From Gracilinanus agilis (taxonomy: Eukaryota): a stretch of DNA of 64,000 nt. The stretch covers positions 478,672,689 through 478,736,688 of the forward strand of contig NC_058133.1 in the NCBI RefSeq assembly GCF_016433145.1, written 5' to 3'. Under the pieces are notes generated by a model that had not been told where the DNA came from, did not search any database, and saw nothing but the letters and a program-made list of their open reading frames with translations. The translations under genes and the position numbers were made by a program. The first letter of the stretch is position 1; each line of letters begins with the position of its first letter. This document shows, one piece after another, positions 63,640 through 64,000 of the stretch.

Positions 63640-63800
63640 TTTTTTTTATAATCCTTACTTTCTAAAGCAGAAGAGTGGTAAGGGCTAGGCAACTGGGGTT
63701 AAGTGACTTGCCCAGAGTCACACAATTAAGAAGGGTCTGAGCAGATTTGAGCCCAAGTCCTTGCAACTCCAAGCCTGACACTCTATTCACTGTGCTAACT
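63640..63800 (-). mobile_element. SINE1_Mdo-like SINE
   Basis: gcagaagagtggtaagggctaggcaactggggttaagtgacttgccc. Confidence 0.7.
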
Positions 63801-63819
63801 AGTTGCTCTATATATCTAG

Positions 63820-64000
63820 TTTCTTTCTTTTTTAAAAATTTAAGTTTATTTATTTAATTCATTTGGAATATTTTCCCATGGTTCCATGATTCATGCTCTT
63901 TCCCTTCCCTCCTCTCACCCCCGTCCCTTAGCCAATGAGCAATTCCACTGGGTTTTACATGTATCATTTATCAAGACCAATTTCCATATTATTGATATTT
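63820..64000 (-). mobile_element. L1 3' end running off the window
   Basis: catggttccatgattcatg...ccactgggttttacatgtatcatttatcaagacc. Confidence 0.75.

Overview
Marsupial genomic DNA, most likely the opossum Monodelphis domestica, judged from SINE1_Mdo-, MAR1-, RTE- and L1_Mdo-like repeats recognised by eye. The window holds a CC-chemokine (MIP-1) cluster. Five intact three-exon CCL4-like genes lie in tandem on the minus strand, each with CDS exons of 73/115/88 nt and a 91-aa product. One CCL3-like gene on the plus strand sits head-to-head with the array and, as assembled, encodes 121 aa with a 29-aa Ser/Thr-rich tail beyond the canonical 92 aa. Each CCL4 copy lies in a 6-12 kb duplicated unit. 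Also present: a full-length NSA2 processed pseudogene with TSDs, an RTE LINE, an L3/CR1, a Ty3/Gypsy protease-RT fossil, a probable solo LTR, L1/L2 fragments, many SINEs and four assembly gaps. Most notable observations: (1) a conserved Py-Pu-Py triloop hairpin in the CCL4 3'UTRs, resembling Roquin/Regnase-1 elements; (2) inverted copies of the CCL4 proximal promoter upstream of copies 3 and 4; (3) copy-specific loss of kB, ISRE and ETS sites; (4) a gene-conversion tract centred on exon 2; (5) a polyadenylated retro-insertion in intron 1 of copy 3; (6) the CCL3-like tail, which depends on a single extra T. Repeat family names and boundaries are approximate. No database searches were run.
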